NCBI RefSeq assembly: GCF_018350175.1
Contig: NC_058368.1
Location: forward strand, 13,642,001-13,706,000
Length of the DNA: 64,000 bases
From: Felis catus
Taxonomy: Eukaryota
Direction: 5' to 3'
Shown: positions 12,219 to 25,811 of the stretch, in pieces
How positions within the stretch are numbered: the first letter of the stretch is position 1
How the letters are laid out: each line of letters begins with the position of its first letter
Translations under genes and position numbers: made by a program
Notes under the pieces: generated by a model
What the model was told of the DNA's origin: nothing
The model's input: the letters and a program-made list of their open reading frames with translations, nothing else
The model's database searches: none

Positions 12219-15200
12219 AATCTAATTGGTTTGTCAAATCTTCCTCAGGCTTCTCCCACTAACAAGTGTAGTAGAAAAGGTATTCATTGGTCCTAATTCT
12301 CTATATACTGAAAGTCTGATCTAGTTACTTTAGTAGTGGAGTAACCTGGATGCACATTAGAGTCACCCCAGGAGCTGCAAAACCTAATGATGTCTGGACC
12401 CCACCCCAAACCAATTAAACCCAAACCTCTGAAGGAAGGACCCAAGAAGAGCCATGGGTGACTTTTTCCATTTTTACCTAGGTCTTTGTTGAGTACTCTC
12501 TTTTCAGGAAGTTGGGTCTCCATATGTACTCTAAATTAAGTTTACTGATGTAGACACTTTAAAAAGTGACTAAGCAAAATATAGGCTCTCTATTCATTTC
12601 TCCATATTCTAAACTTACCTCTTCTGAGGCGTGTGCATGTTAGATGGCTTAACCACCAGCAGGACAACAGGGTGCCATGCACCGTTAAGAGAGCAACGTT
12701 AGTGATTTTCCCCAACCAGGATTTTCATCATTTCTCAACACACAGGAAAGAGTGTATGTAAAGAAAATGGAGAAGGCATGCAACCTAAAGTAAACATCAG
12801 AGCTCAGAGAGGTGGATAAGAGGCTAAAGTGTGGATAGTCCCCTTGCAAGTGAAATGACAGGAAGGAACAACAATCATCCTGTTCCCTCTCCCCAACCCC
12901 CCGCCCCCCGTCTGCCCTTGCCAATATTCCATGTGCCAACTGACGCTTCCAAAGAATCGAGATGACAAAAACGAGCTTATTCAGAGGGATGAATAATGTC
13001 AATATCTCCTCATTCTTTGTGAGCTAACTTTCTCTTCCCGTCTTCACTTTTCCTCCCTGCCCTACACGGAAGGGGGTGGGGTAGCCACCAAGGGATGTTT
13101 ATGTGGTTGTTGCAGTATGTTTTTGGGAGTGACCGTGTGGAAGTCAGGGATAATAGCTATTTAACTTGCTTGATACAGTACTTAGCACAGTAACACATGC
13201 ATGTAGATGCCTAATAAACCATGGAGCAAAATTAGCCTAATTCTGTTCAAAATCCTTGTTTCAGCAGCCTTTGGGGAGACCATGATAATTAGCTGAAATA
13301 GCTGGAGAATAACAATCATAGAAAACCAATGCAGAAAAATTACCAAAAACAAATTGTCTTTGCCTAAGGTACATTTCTCTCTGAGAAAAAGAGCAAAATG
13401 AAACAACCTGGAAGTCCTCTAAACCTTCCATACCAAAATGTTGGAATTCTGCCCCCCCTTCTTTTTAGTATGATCACTCTGGGCAGACATTTGACTCAAA
13501 TTCTCAGATGGGTCAAGCCTTCCCCTGACCTTGTCAAATAATTAATGTGAGATTTTTATAGAAGCCTTCACAGTTTATTTTACTCATTAATATGAAATAT
13601 AATTAAATGCACAGCGATGACTCTCAATTAATTGCTCAATTCTTTCAAGTTTAGAGGTAATCACTTTTTCTTAAATACATGCAGACTGATATCGGTTTTG
13701 ACACCCTGACTTGCATAATGTTCAACAAGGTAATTAAAAACAAAAAGGAAATAAAGCAGCCTTTGTCTAAAATAATGAAACTGTTTTAACTGCTGGATTT
13801 CAAATTAAGCACCTTTCTGAAATTGAAAAGTATGATTAAATACGAGTGTGGTTAAGACGTGTGGGCGGTTGCATCATCACAATTGCAGAAGAGTAACAAG
13901 CTGTGCCTTTCCCAAACCTGGACAGCATTTTAGGGCTTGTCGAATATAATTAAGGTGCCAATAATGGAAAATTAGCTTTGTGGCAAAACTTACACTCAAG
14001 GTAGGGAAACTTCATACACTTCAACAATGTAGTAATACTAAAACATAAACACAAAGAATATTAGCTGCAACGCATTTAATTTTTTTTTTTTTAATTTCCA
14101 TGCTGGCATTTTACAACAATGATAACTTCTAGGGACTGCAACTCACATTCCCACAAGGTGTAGGTGTGAAACCTCAGGGTGTTTCTGCCTACAGCTCCTT
14201 GTGTCCTAGGGCTGCAGCTCACCTCCTGAAGAGAGTCTGCTGGATGGCTAGCACTGTTCTCTTATTTCCTTTTACGTTTGGAAAATGCATAAGCAAGAAT
14301 AATGACTGCTTGAGTTTAATGGTTACGCAAAATTACGACTTTGGTTCTGCCTCCCTGTTGCCTTTTTACATGATCTTTAATAAAGTCGTATATTGCAAAC
14401 TCCAACCCAAGGAAGGCAAACAGACTGTGTTTGTGGAGCACCTGTTACTGCACACCTCTAGGGTGAGAAAAACAGGAGTAGGAGGCACACCCACAGGATT
14501 GCTAATGCTAGTGAGCCAGAGATGTAGAAAATGAAATATATTCCAGAGAGCCATCTGCCTTTGACAGAGAACTTGCAACCGTGTCAGCAGTGAAAATCAT
14601 CTCAGAGGCACAGGCTGAAAATCAGCTCTGACCTCTCAAGAGCAAAGATCACCACCACTTCTTCTGCTACAGCTGGTTTAACGTAACCCCCAAGGTAATG
14701 TTTTCAGAGTTCTAGCCTCTTTTTATTTGACTTCACACATCCTTTTTGCCTTTGAGATATAAAATACACTGGACTTCCTGAATCCGGGCTTTTAAAGGAA
14801 TGGATGTGAAGTTCTCTCTCTCTCTCCACTGTGTCTTGAAGTTGAAAGGCATACACACTTGACTGTTGGGGGATGGCTATAGGGTGTTATATTTGGTATT
14901 GAAGGCATTGATTGTATGCACGGGCAATGCCTTGACCTGACGGATGTCAGCCAAGGTGGAGCTAAAACCTGGAGCCTAAAATAGTGCGATTGGTTCTGTA
15001 GAGCTTGCACAGTGTCTGACACAGAGTAACTTTGAAAAAAGTTTATTAAGAACGAATGAACAAATGAATCAACTTGGGCCAACAACATAAATGGGGCAAT
15101 CACCCACCACTTTCCATTTCTGCATGCCTGAGGGTTAGATTCTATACACCTGTTTCAGGCCAGCTTTTCTTTCCCTCTATATATCTTCATAGTAGAACCC

Positions 15201-15529
15201 CAACACCTCTGGTTCTTCAAGCCTGCAGTCTCTCCCCAACTTTTCCTGAAATTCTTCCACACGCTTCTCCCCCTACTTCTCCAAGGCCTGTGGCTCCTTG
15301 AACCTGTACCAGTCCATCTCACGTCATGCCTCCAAAGATACTGTCTGAAGAGTTGAGAAACCCTTAGCTTATCTAATTCAAATAAACCTAAAATAAGCCA
15401 AATCATAAATCACGGTCCTAATCAGTGTCAATCTTATTCCTAACAGTCCTCTCATATTACCCCATTTTTAACTATTTTGGGTTGGTTTTATGAAAGAATG
15501 TATTTTTGGGTATTTTAAAAATAATGATA

Positions 15530-15745
15530 GGGGCGCCTGGGTGGCTCAGACGGTTAAGCGGCCGACTTCGGCTCAGGTCATGATCTCGCGGTCCGTGAGT
15601 TCGAGCCCCGCGTCGGGCTCTGTGCTGACAGCTCAGAGCCTGGAGCCTGTTTTAGATTCTGTGTCTCCCTCTCTCTGACCCTCCCCCGTTCATGCTCTGT
15701 CTCTCTCTGTCTCAAAAATAAAATAAAAACGTTAAAAAGATAAAA
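15530..15745 (+). mobile_element. Can-SINE (young, CpG-intact)
   Basis: TSD taaaaataatgata(g) on both sides; many CpGs retained. Confidence 0.95.
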
Positions 15746-15919
15746 TAAAAATAATGATAGCATTTATCTTTATAAAATCCAGAGTCTATGTGGTTGCTAT
15801 TTTATCTCTATTTTAAGAATGCTGTTGTCTATCTCTCCTATAGTGTGACCTCAGTTCAGGGGACCCTATAGCACCTGTGTGTGGGGCTCCACAGAGTGGT
15901 CAGGAAGTAGAATCACCAT

Positions 15920-16137
15920 GGGGTGCCTGGGTGGCTCAGTTGGTTAAGCCTCTGACTCTTGGTTTCGGTTTAGGTCACAGTCTCACAGTTTGTGAGTTTG
16001 AGCCCCACGTCAGGCTCCATGCTGACAGTGCAGAGCCTGCTTGGGATTCTCTCTCTCCTTCTCTCTCTGCCCCTCCCCTGCTCACTCTCTCTGTCTCTCT
16101 CTCAAAAATAAATAAATAAATGTAAAAAAAAAAAAAA
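15920..16137 (+). mobile_element. Can-SINE (ctcttggtttc variant)
   Basis: Head, core, CT tract and polyA tail. Confidence 0.93.
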
Positions 16138-17344
16138 CTTAAAACAAAGAAAGTCCAGAGTATTCAGCAACAGAGACAGACATATGACAAGACAATTTCA
16201 ATTTCTGCACCTGAACTCTCTTGTAAGTAATGCATTGAGCAGTAATCTTTACCTTGATTAAACAAGGGTGCTTTGAGAAAAAGCACACTTTTTTAAAAAT
16301 GTCAAGCATCACATTTTTCAAACAATTCCATGCGTCCTTGATTCTCATTCTAATTTTCATCCAGAAATCAAACAGAAGAGTCTACTTCAAGACAATATCT
16401 GTTGTCTCAAACAGATGTGATCAAAAAATGATACTCAACAACTGTTTCATTTCTGTTTTGGAGTTGATGATGATTCTGCAGAGGTGAACCATTGATGAGA
16501 AAAGAAGTAACTAGCCTCCTAGGTTGAGAACATATGGGGCTCGTTCAGTCAATCAGAAGCTTTATATCTGAACCTAGGCTTTCAATTTGACCCTCATGTT
16601 TGCAGTTGCCTCTCTTTTTGGTAGCAGGGAAGGTCCCAGCTCAAGCATAAATATGACTCAGGCATGTACAAGCAAGCCTGGGGTTAGAGAGGTGCCACCA
16701 GGGATTAGTTGCATGAAGGCTTGAGGAGACTCAGACTGGAGATGAGGGGCAACAACAATGAATATTTAGAGGAAATGGAGAGCAGGTGGGTGGGGCAGAA
16801 ACTTGATTCAAAGAGAAGTCAGTCATTGGACTGGAGGGAAGCACAATGTCCATCATTCTGATAGCCCACAGGCCCAACTTCCCAAGGGCTCAGACAAAGG
16901 ACTATGACAGAGGACCAATGAAAACTGATGGTCTAGATTTTTGGTTTTACTACAGTTTAAATCGGCGCGAAGAGGGCAAGATTGTCCCCCATATTTGCAG
17001 CAGAAGCTGCCACTTGCATTTCTGGGCCAGATATTGATCAAAAATCTGTAAAATAAGAATGACAAGAAAAAATATTACTGTTGCTATGCTTATCCAGCTT
17101 TAGACAGTACACTAAGTGCTGTGTGTACATTTTGTTTATCTAAGAGGTATCAGCAATCTCCACTTCAAGAATTCTCAGTGTTAGCCCAGGCACCAAGCAC
17201 GGCATGTACACGTAGCTCTGGTCACATATGAGAAGCCCCAGTAGCAAGACATCTTCAGTGAACATCTATGGCATAGATGCTGAATTTGGTATCTGTGATA
17301 GCCAGCTGGCAATATAGCCCCCAGTGATCTCTGCTTCCTGGTAT

Positions 17345-17542
17345 GTTTTTTAACGCTTCTTATTTATTTTGAAAGAGAGACAACAGTGGGGAGGAGCAGA
17401 GAGAGGGAGAAAGAGAATCCCAAGGAGGCTCCGTCCTGTCAGCACAGAGCCCGACATGGGGCTTCATCTCACAAACTGACATCATGACCTGAGCTGAAAT
17501 CAAGAGTTGGACGCTTGACCAACGGAGCCACCTAGGCGCCCC
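17345..17542 (-). mobile_element. Can-SINE inserted in the 5' LTR
   Basis: TSD ctctgcttcctg on both sides. Confidence 0.93.
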
Positions 17543-19627
17543 TCTGCTTCCTGATACTTATGTCCTTGTGTAATCCCCTCCCATGTTGAATAAGATTGAT
17601 CTGTGGAACCAGAATAATATTACAGAAATGTCAGTGTTTGACTTCTCAGGATAGGTCATAGAAGACATTGCAGCTATCAATTTTTCTTCTTCTTGAATCA
17701 CTTTCTCTGTGAAAAGTCAGCTGTCATGAACACTCAGACAGCCCTATAGATAGGATACGTAGTGAGGAACTGTGAGCTCTTGCCAAAAAGTCAGTGACAA
17801 ATTGAGGCTTCCTGCCAACAACCTTTTAAGTGAGAGCCATCTGGGAAGCAGATCTTCCAGCCCCAGTCGAGGCTTCAGTTGACTTCATCCCAAGCCAAAA
17901 ATTTAACTTCAACCTCATTAGTGATCTCAAGCCAGAACCACCCAGCCTAGCTACTCTGGATCCCTGACCAACAAAAACAGGAAATAATAAATGTTTATTA
18001 ATTTAAGCTACTAAGTTTTGGAATAACTTGTTACACAGCAGTAGATAACCGATATTGATGTTGGTACTTTCATACTTGAAAATGAGGTACCAGAGTAAAA
18101 AAGCAACGAAAAATATGGAGGTGGCTTTGGAAAAGGCAGTGGACAGAAGATGCAAAGACTCTAGGGAGAGTATTAGTGACAGCCTGGAGTGTGGTGAACA
18201 CTTTTTCCACAGTCTGGTGGAAGCCAGTTTGCCTTTGAGGAGGGGGCGGGTGTGGGGATTAAAGGAGATACACAAAAAACTGATTGGAAACTAGAGGAAA
18301 AAGGATGCTTGTTCTATAATGTTAGGAAGTTTGGTGACACTACTTTAGGCAGTTACATGGAAAGTAGGGAATGTACCACACGAAGAGGATGACCCAACTA
18401 AGGAGATTTCAAGGCAGGGTGTTGAAGGTGCTTCTGGGGTGCTTCTTGCTGCTTATGGCAAAATGAAAGCAGAGAGAGTAACGACTTTTAAACAAAAAAG
18501 GACCGAGGACTTTCTAGTTTTGAAAATTCTCAGCCTCTGAAGATGACTAACAATGCTAAAATTCAGGATAGCTTCTAGGCAAAGATGAAGTCCAGGACAT
18601 TACCAGGAATATATGGTCTTACGATAAGTCAAGGGTGTGGCTAGAAAACCTTGTTGTTAAAACCTCATAGAGATTAATGTGGTGCCTCAGAGAACTGTTC
18701 TGGCAAAAAGTAGGGCTTCTAAGAAGCATCACGATGAATTTCTATAACAATTTCAGCAGAAGCCCACGTTAGAGGGCTTAGCTCAAAAAAGATTTGCAGA
18801 CATGGCTTTTGTCTAAGCAGGGACCCATTAAGTTTTTAAGACAATTAAATTGGTAGAAACACCACTAGCTTGGACTGAAAGGAACAGAAGTGGCACAAAA
18901 TGAAAAGAAAAGATTTTGGACTCCCAAGACTCAACTTTTAGCAAGCACGCTGGAAACCTACACAGCTGCAAACCTGGCTCACCTTTCTTGGAAAAGGATG
19001 AGTGATTCAGAGAGCAGAGCTAAGAGCCCAGAGGGCAGATCCAAGAACCTTGGAAAAGTAGGACTGCATCCTAATCAAGCCCCTTCCGAAGTGTATGCAG
19101 TTAGATTTGAGACTGACACTTGTTCACTTCCTGTTTTCCACATTTTCAAACAGAAATGGCTACAGCTGTTATCTTACCCCTATCCCACCACTGTCTGCTG
19201 GGGGTGTTGTGATGGGGAAATATCTTGTGTCTTTAGGTTCACAGCTGTTCAGATCAAGAGCAACTGTACTCAAGGAACTACACTTAAGAAACTAAGCCTG
19301 AGAAGCTGCTTCTGTATCTGGGCCTGATTTAGGTGACGGGAATCTGGACTTCAAGCTGAAGCTGTAATAGAATGAGATTTGGGGGATTTAGGGTACAGTG
19401 TGAGTATTTTTTGCAGAAGAGAGAGACATGAATCATTGGGGACCAGGAGGTAGACTGTAGTAATCTCCCTCCAAAATGGTCCCCAATGTTCCTTGACTCC
19501 TGGAATTTACATCCTGTGTAATCTCCTCCCATACTGAATAGGGCTTACCTATGTAACCACTAAAACATTGCAGAAATGACTGTGTGACTTCCAAGGCTGG
19601 ATCATAAAGACCTTGAAGCTTCCACTC

Positions 19628-19854
19628 TTTTTTTTTTTTTAAGTTTATTTATTTATTTTGAGAGAGACAGAGACAGTGCAAGTTGGGGGGGGGGGGTGTT
19701 GCACAGAGAGAGAGGAGAGAGAGAGAATCCCAAGCAGTCTCCTCATTGCCAGTGCAGAGCCTGATGCGGGACTCGAACCCACAAAGCCGGGAGATCATGA
19801 TCTGAGCTGAAACCAAGAGTCAGACACTTAACTGACTGAACTACCCAGGTACCC
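19628..19854 (-). mobile_element. Can-SINE inserted in the 3' LTR
   Basis: TSD tgaagctt(c/ct)..actct on both sides. Confidence 0.93.
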
Positions 19855-19970
19855 TGAAGCTTCTACTCTCATCCTCTCCCTTGGGTCACTGTTTTAGAGG
19901 AAGTGAACTTCCATATTATGAGGACACTCAAGTGGCCTTACAAGGAGGACATGTGGGAGAGGAATTGAGG

Positions 19971-20611
19971 CAGTGCTAACGTGCTGATTAACACTTAACA
20001 TCTGGCTTTACAAAAAAATCATGTGTGTGTGTGTATGCAATTTTACCATTATAAAAGATGTGTAGAACACAATTTATACTTTCTAAAATCTAATAAAGCA
20101 ATAAATCAAGTTCTGATTTGTAGTGCTTACTGATATACAAGTATAAATATTCCCACCATGACTGACTTCAAGTTACCAAGACATATCACTGAATGCAGAG
20201 ATAGGATGAAATTAAGATGTGCAGTAGGCTACAACCACACAGTATTTCTAGAATACAGATACAGTAAACATAAACAGCCACAAAAGCATTAAATAAATGA
20301 AAAATGTAGTAAAACTATTAGGAAGTGATGAGTTTTGAGTATTTACTACCTTAGATTTAATGTAGTTTATTTAAGTTTACATAATTTAATTCCTAATAAT
20401 GGTTGTGTTTATTTACCATGGGCTTGCAAAATTCCTAAATTTAACAATTATCTCTTAAAAGCAGGTATGAAGGGGTGCCTGGGTGGCTCAGGCATTTGAG
20501 CATGCAGCTCTTGGTTTCAGCTCTCAGTTTTGGCTCAGGTCATGATCTCAAAGTTTGTGAGTTTAAGCCCTGCATTGGGCTCTGTGCTGACAGCATAGAT
20601 CCTGCTTAGGA

Positions 20612-20643
<32 letters not shown>

Positions 20644-20747
20644 GCCCCTCCCATGCTTGAACTCTCTCTCGCTCTAAAAACAAATAAATAAACCATTTAA
20701 ACAAATTTTTTGAAAAGCAGGTATGAAGCAGCTTCAGTACACCGTTG
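19971..20747. mobile_element. hAT DNA transposon (MER63/Blackjack-like) inserted in the 3' LTR
   Basis: Degenerate TIRs cagtgctaacgtgctg and cagtacaccgttg; 8-bp TSD aattgagg (19963-19970) versus aattgaaa (20748-20755). Confidence 0.75.
20472..20712 (+). mobile_element. Can-SINE inserted in the hAT element
   Basis: TSD aaaagcaggtatgaa at 20457-20471 and 20713-20727. Confidence 0.95.
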
Positions 20748-22726
20748 AATTGAAACCTCATGTCAACAGCTCTGTAAGTGAGCCATCTTGGAAGCAGACC
20801 CTCCAGCCCCAGTCAAGTCTTCAGATTACCAAAACCCCAGCTAACATCTTGACATCAGCTTCATAAAAGACCCTGAACCGGAAGCACCCAGTTACGCCAC
20901 CTCTGTCAGATAACAAATGTTTATTGTTTAATCCAGAAAATATTGAGGTAAGTTGTGGCTCAGCAATCGGATAATAATACATCAGCAGATGCTCCAGTCA
21001 TAGGAGGGAGACATTGCCACACTGAGGCAGGGGAATGCAGGAGGAAAGTGGGGAGCCCAAGGTAAGTAAGAGCAAAACTAAATAGGCTACCCTCTGCAAA
21101 CACCTCTACAACTATTTAGAAGAAATTCAAGAAGGAATCAAAGTTGTTCCAGGGGTGTTTTTTATTTTCATTTTACCAATGAGGTAACTGAGGATCAGAG
21201 AGGTTAAATAGCATAAGTAAAATCACACAGACAATAAGCCAGTAAGAGGTAAAACTCAAACCCTAGGGTTTGAACGCAAATCAAAGCCTATACTCTCCCT
21301 GGGAGATTGTAACAAGATCTTTAATTTTTAGAACACTTACTATTTACGAATAATTTGTTTCCCACAAATCTGATGAGGGAAAAGGAATTGTTATTTCTAC
21401 TTTGTAATTACAAAATTGATTTTTGTACCACTATTAACCAGAACTGAAACTAAAAATTCTTTGAACCTTAGTCCACTATTCAAAAAAAGACTAAAAGCAA
21501 AAGTTAATATGAGTATACGATCATGTATAATTGTTAAATTTTGTAGTGTAGAAAATAAAAACTCAGAATTCAATAGGCTGTGTATATTTCACTAGTTTTT
21601 CTAATATACAATGAGAGGCAAAGAAATGTGTAACAAACTAAGCTTCTATGGTTGATAAATACAGACAATGTTTTTTAAATTTATTAAAATTCTCACTGTT
21701 CAAAATCAAATTTCTTTTGGGCTTTATCCAGTTTGACCCAGGTCCAATGGGCTCCTGTTAATTTGCATGATTGCCTCATATAGTATTAATATATTTCCAA
21801 ACTCCTCAAAATTATTCACTTTAACAGCTTTTCATAAGCACTTCAAATGAATAATAACATGGCTTTGTTTTCCAGATGTCATTTCATGTGTCTGAATAAT
21901 TCTATCAGACTTTTATGATTATATCAGTTTAGAATAGCGAACGACAAACACAAAATTTCACTTGAAACAGTTTTAACAAACTCCATATTTGTTTTTCCTC
22001 TTAAGATTTCACTATTTATGTATTTGGTACTAAATGCAGTGATGGAAATTCCATTATAAAGGCCTAGAATTTGAAAAACTGGGATGCTCTCTGGGACTAA
22101 ATTTGGGAACTACAAACTAAACGGCCCACCCTGCGAGGTGGAGAATAAATGTGATGATTCCTGAAGTAGGATGTATCCAAAATCCAATCAGAAGTACCAG
22201 ACTGTGGCTGCAATCCAATCAAACTGATTAGAGTAGGTGGATTAAGGCCTGAAGATGATTGTGGTCAAAGGCAACTGCATCTAATCAATTGTACTGTGAT
22301 TTGTAGGAGGAAAATGTGTCAACAAGCTGGGAGCTCTTCATAAGAGTCTGGGAAAAGGGAAGCAAATATTCAGGGAATCAGGTGAGTATTCTAGGCAGTT
22401 TCTAGCATGAAAGACCTTCAGACAGAAGCTTCAGAATGGTCTCACTCCAGAAATAAAATGGACTCTTTCTCCTGGATTACATACATTTCTCCTCATACAT
22501 TTCGGTTGCAGGACCCCTTTACACCTTGAAAAATTACTGAGGACCTCAGAGAGATTTTCTTTATATGAGCTATACCTGCAGGAATTTATCATAGTAGGAA
22601 TTTAAAATGCAGCAGTAAATAATTAAGAGTAAATACTTAAATATCTATATAAGGAAAAAACCTAGTAGAACAACCATTGATTCCTTTTACAAAAGTATTA
22701 AGGAATAAAAAGTAACTATAAAGTGA

Positions 22727-22942
22727 GGGGGTGTCTGGATGGTTCAGTCGGTTAAGTCTGACTTCAGCTCAGGTCATAATCTCATGGCTCATGAGTTCAA
22801 GCCCTGCGTCGGGCTCTGTGCTGACAGCTCAGAGCTTGGAGCCTGCTTCAGATGCAATGTCTCCATCTCTCTCTCCCTCTCTACCCCTCCCTTGCTCTCT
22901 CTCTCTCTCTCTCTCTCAAAAATAAACATTAAAAAAATTTTT
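22727..22942 (+). mobile_element. Can-SINE
   Basis: Diverged TSD aagtaactataaagtgag / aagtaattatagaatgag. Confidence 0.93.
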
Positions 22943-23803
22943 AAGTAATTATAGAATGAGAGAATCCCAGAATCTTAGAATTATAAAGGGACGTAATTAC
23001 AATTTAAGTGAAGAGGACAGGTAGACTATGAATAGGGAGAATGTTTGAACCTATGTTGGGCTCCAGGCTACCTCAACATTACTAAGCAAGGATTTGGGCT
23101 CAATAGGAATGCTTTCAGGGCACCTGTACTACCTGTGCCCCAAGTATAGGTGAGGCTTTTGGCCAATTTTTCAACATCCCTTCTGTTTCCTAATTCTGTA
23201 CCTAATTTTGTACTCTAATTCCGACCAGTTATGAAGCTCCTTAACTTTTCAGTTTAAAAAAAAAAAAAAAAAGGACATCACTATTAAGACAGAATTAAAA
23301 ACTGTTTCCTCAGCAATGAATTTTACAAATACAGAATTTTTTAAGAGTATGACTAAAATTATTCTTCAAGATATAATTAATATATTACACTTTGTTTTCA
23401 TAGATATGGCTATTTATTTATTCATTTGCCAACCTTGATAATTTAGTGCTCTGAACTCTTGCTGAATAAAACTTCATTTCTATTGGAAATGTTTTCACTT
23501 AAGTTCTTTTACAGACATTTGGATAGAAAGACGAACTTAGAAGTAATTCCTTTGATATTCTTTGATAATTTCATAAAGGAAGAAATTTGGAATCTAAGTG
23601 CTTTTCAACTAAAAAAAAAAAAGTGCCAGTTAGAACTGGTTAGACACTGCCTGACCTTCTATGACATTTAAATACTCTTCTTCCAACCTAACTCACTTAG
23701 TCCTAACCAGACAGAGACTTCACTTCAGAGTTGAGAAGGAGAGTTCATGTTCCACTGTATTGATTGTAGTATTCTTCACATGTAGTTGTGAAAACAAAAG
23801 CCG

Positions 23804-23862
23804 TCTCTCTCTCTCTCTCTCTCTCTCCCTCCCTCCCTCCCTCCCTCCCTCCATCCATCCAT
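23804..23862 (+). repeat. (CT)n-(CCCT)n-(CCAT)n compound microsatellite
   Basis: Read directly. Confidence 0.9.
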
Positions 23863-24252
23863 CCTTTTTTTGGTCCCTTCCTCCTTCTCTCCCTTCCCTT
23901 GATCTCCTGGGAAGTTCAGATATTCTATTCTAATAATCAATTTACTTACTGGTTATAAATATGTCCTATTTTTATTTAGAGAGAGAAGCTAGAAGGAGAA
24001 TGCTATCATGGATTCAAATGAGCCAAATAATTTAACAGCTTTCTTATTAGAAGCCATATTATCAAAAATTATTTAATAATGATTTTAAGCAACAAACACA
24101 TTTAAATGCAGCGTAGGATAATCCGGGCCACATTTTTACTGGTTCTGTTTCAGGATGATACAGATGTGACTAGGGGATGGGAGAAGGTTAAAAAAAAATC
24201 TAAAAAGAAAGAAAAGCTGACATGAAGTTTTAAAAACTAATCAACACCTTAT

Positions 24253-24258
24253 GTGTGA

Positions 24259-24305
<47 letters not shown>
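24253..24305 (+). repeat. (TG)n(AG)n microsatellite
   Basis: Read directly. Confidence 0.95.
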
Positions 24306-24306
<1 letters not shown>

Positions 24307-25811
24307 CAATAAGTGAAATATAAAACATTGGGCAGCATGAACCACAGAATTCAGTATGCAGATCATAAAGGCAATATACATTTCAAAATTTTAAACTGAG
24401 TTTGGTTGTGTAATTAATTATCTAAATGGCAGCAGCTGATAGAACCAAAATAGAAAGAGTTCAAAAGAACTAGGATAAACATGTAAGAGTTTATAAATAA
24501 CATCCATCTGTTATTATATCTCATAGATGCAGCAAATCAACACGTGTTCCTCATATCAGTTACTGTTTGTCCCAAAATATCTCTTGCCAAAGCACCTTGG
24601 TGCACAGTGACTGAAGATAAATAGGCAGAGAGTACTCTTCAATTTTTAGTTGGTAACATTTCTATATGATGGTACATTTTCTTTCCTTCCTCCTTTTATA
24701 ACAGGTTGGATGTTATCTTTATTCGAAACCATAGTGCCAACACCAAAAAATGAAATGATGGATGTAATGGGTGAGAGTTCAGTATTTTTCAATCTGTTGT
24801 GTGACACTGTGGGGGTTGACCCAGTTGCAGAGCCTGGAGCACTAGAATTCTACTGGACAGGTTAGGGACAGCAGCGCCTGCAAAAGAGCCAGAGGACTCA
24901 GCAGAGAAGAGGCCATCATGGGACTTCCAGGGAACTCATGGAAGGAAAAGATTTTAGAAACAGTGACTTAGTAAATTCTATTCTAAATCAAGGTCTTGCC
25001 TCAGCTTCTGCTAAAGATTAGGTCCATCGTCGAATTATTTTCTTATTGGTTTCATTCACACTGAAATACAATTTAGTCATGTCAGTTTTCTCAGAGAACA
25101 TTGTTTAGAATAGTTGTACCTGTGAAAAAGTTTAAGCTTTTAATGAGTGATTAAGTGAACAAATGAGTGAGGGAACGAGTGATTCAGAAATACATGCTGT
25201 GCAAGAACATCGAAGGAGGACTGGGCTAATCAGGAAGGGATCTTAATGCTGATAAACCTCCAACGAGCCTTGAGGTGTGGTTAGAATTTACACAGGAAAA
25301 CAGAAGCTGGGAAAACATCACCCTCAAGGGCAAGAGCAGGACGAAGGAGGGGAGACAATTATCTACAAGACATGCTGGAGAAGCTAAAGAGGCCAGCTAA
25401 GTTTTGCTCTGACAGCCTTGCCCTTTTGGGGCCAAATAAATTTTTCAAGAGAGGATAATCCTGAGTTTTCCTTCCCAGACTTCTGATTTGTAACTCTTTG
25501 ACACCAGAAGCTGTGATCCACTGAATCTCAGGAAAATCATATGAAAAATCATATGACAGACAGAAGTGTAGAAGACACCTGTAACACTAAACAGGGAAGA
25601 TTGTACTTACTATATTCAATGCCACCTGTGCTTTTTGTGCAGGATGATGATATGTTACCAGATGCTAAAAGAGACCATTATTTTTCAAATAAAAAAAAAT
25701 CTTGCCAAAAATGGGATTAATCAAACATTAACGAATTTCAATGAACTGCTTCATTAGTATCTATTCGCTACTGATTAATACTTTATCAATGAAATATTTC
25801 TCATCTCATTT

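Larger units (their letters stand above)
17294..20981 (+). mobile_element. MaLR provirus (MLT1F-like): LTR ~17294-18055, internal ~18056-19455, LTR ~19456-20981
   Basis: Two homologous LTRs, each with tgtg/tgta..ccccagtg/ccccaatg..tgtgtaatc..gtgagccatcttggaagcaga..ccagccccagtc..aaatgtttatt; the internal part starts ttggtac..ggtggctttgga; a purine-rich tract precedes LTR2. Confidence 0.85.

Noticed and set aside
16365..16483. Possible + strand exon (ttttcatccag ... GAG|gtgaac)
   Set aside because: The donor is weak, the peptide is unrecognisable and there is no partner exon.
18890..19327. Longest ORF in the window (145 aa)
   Set aside because: It lies within the MaLR internal region, uses a non-ATG start and has no recognisable domain.
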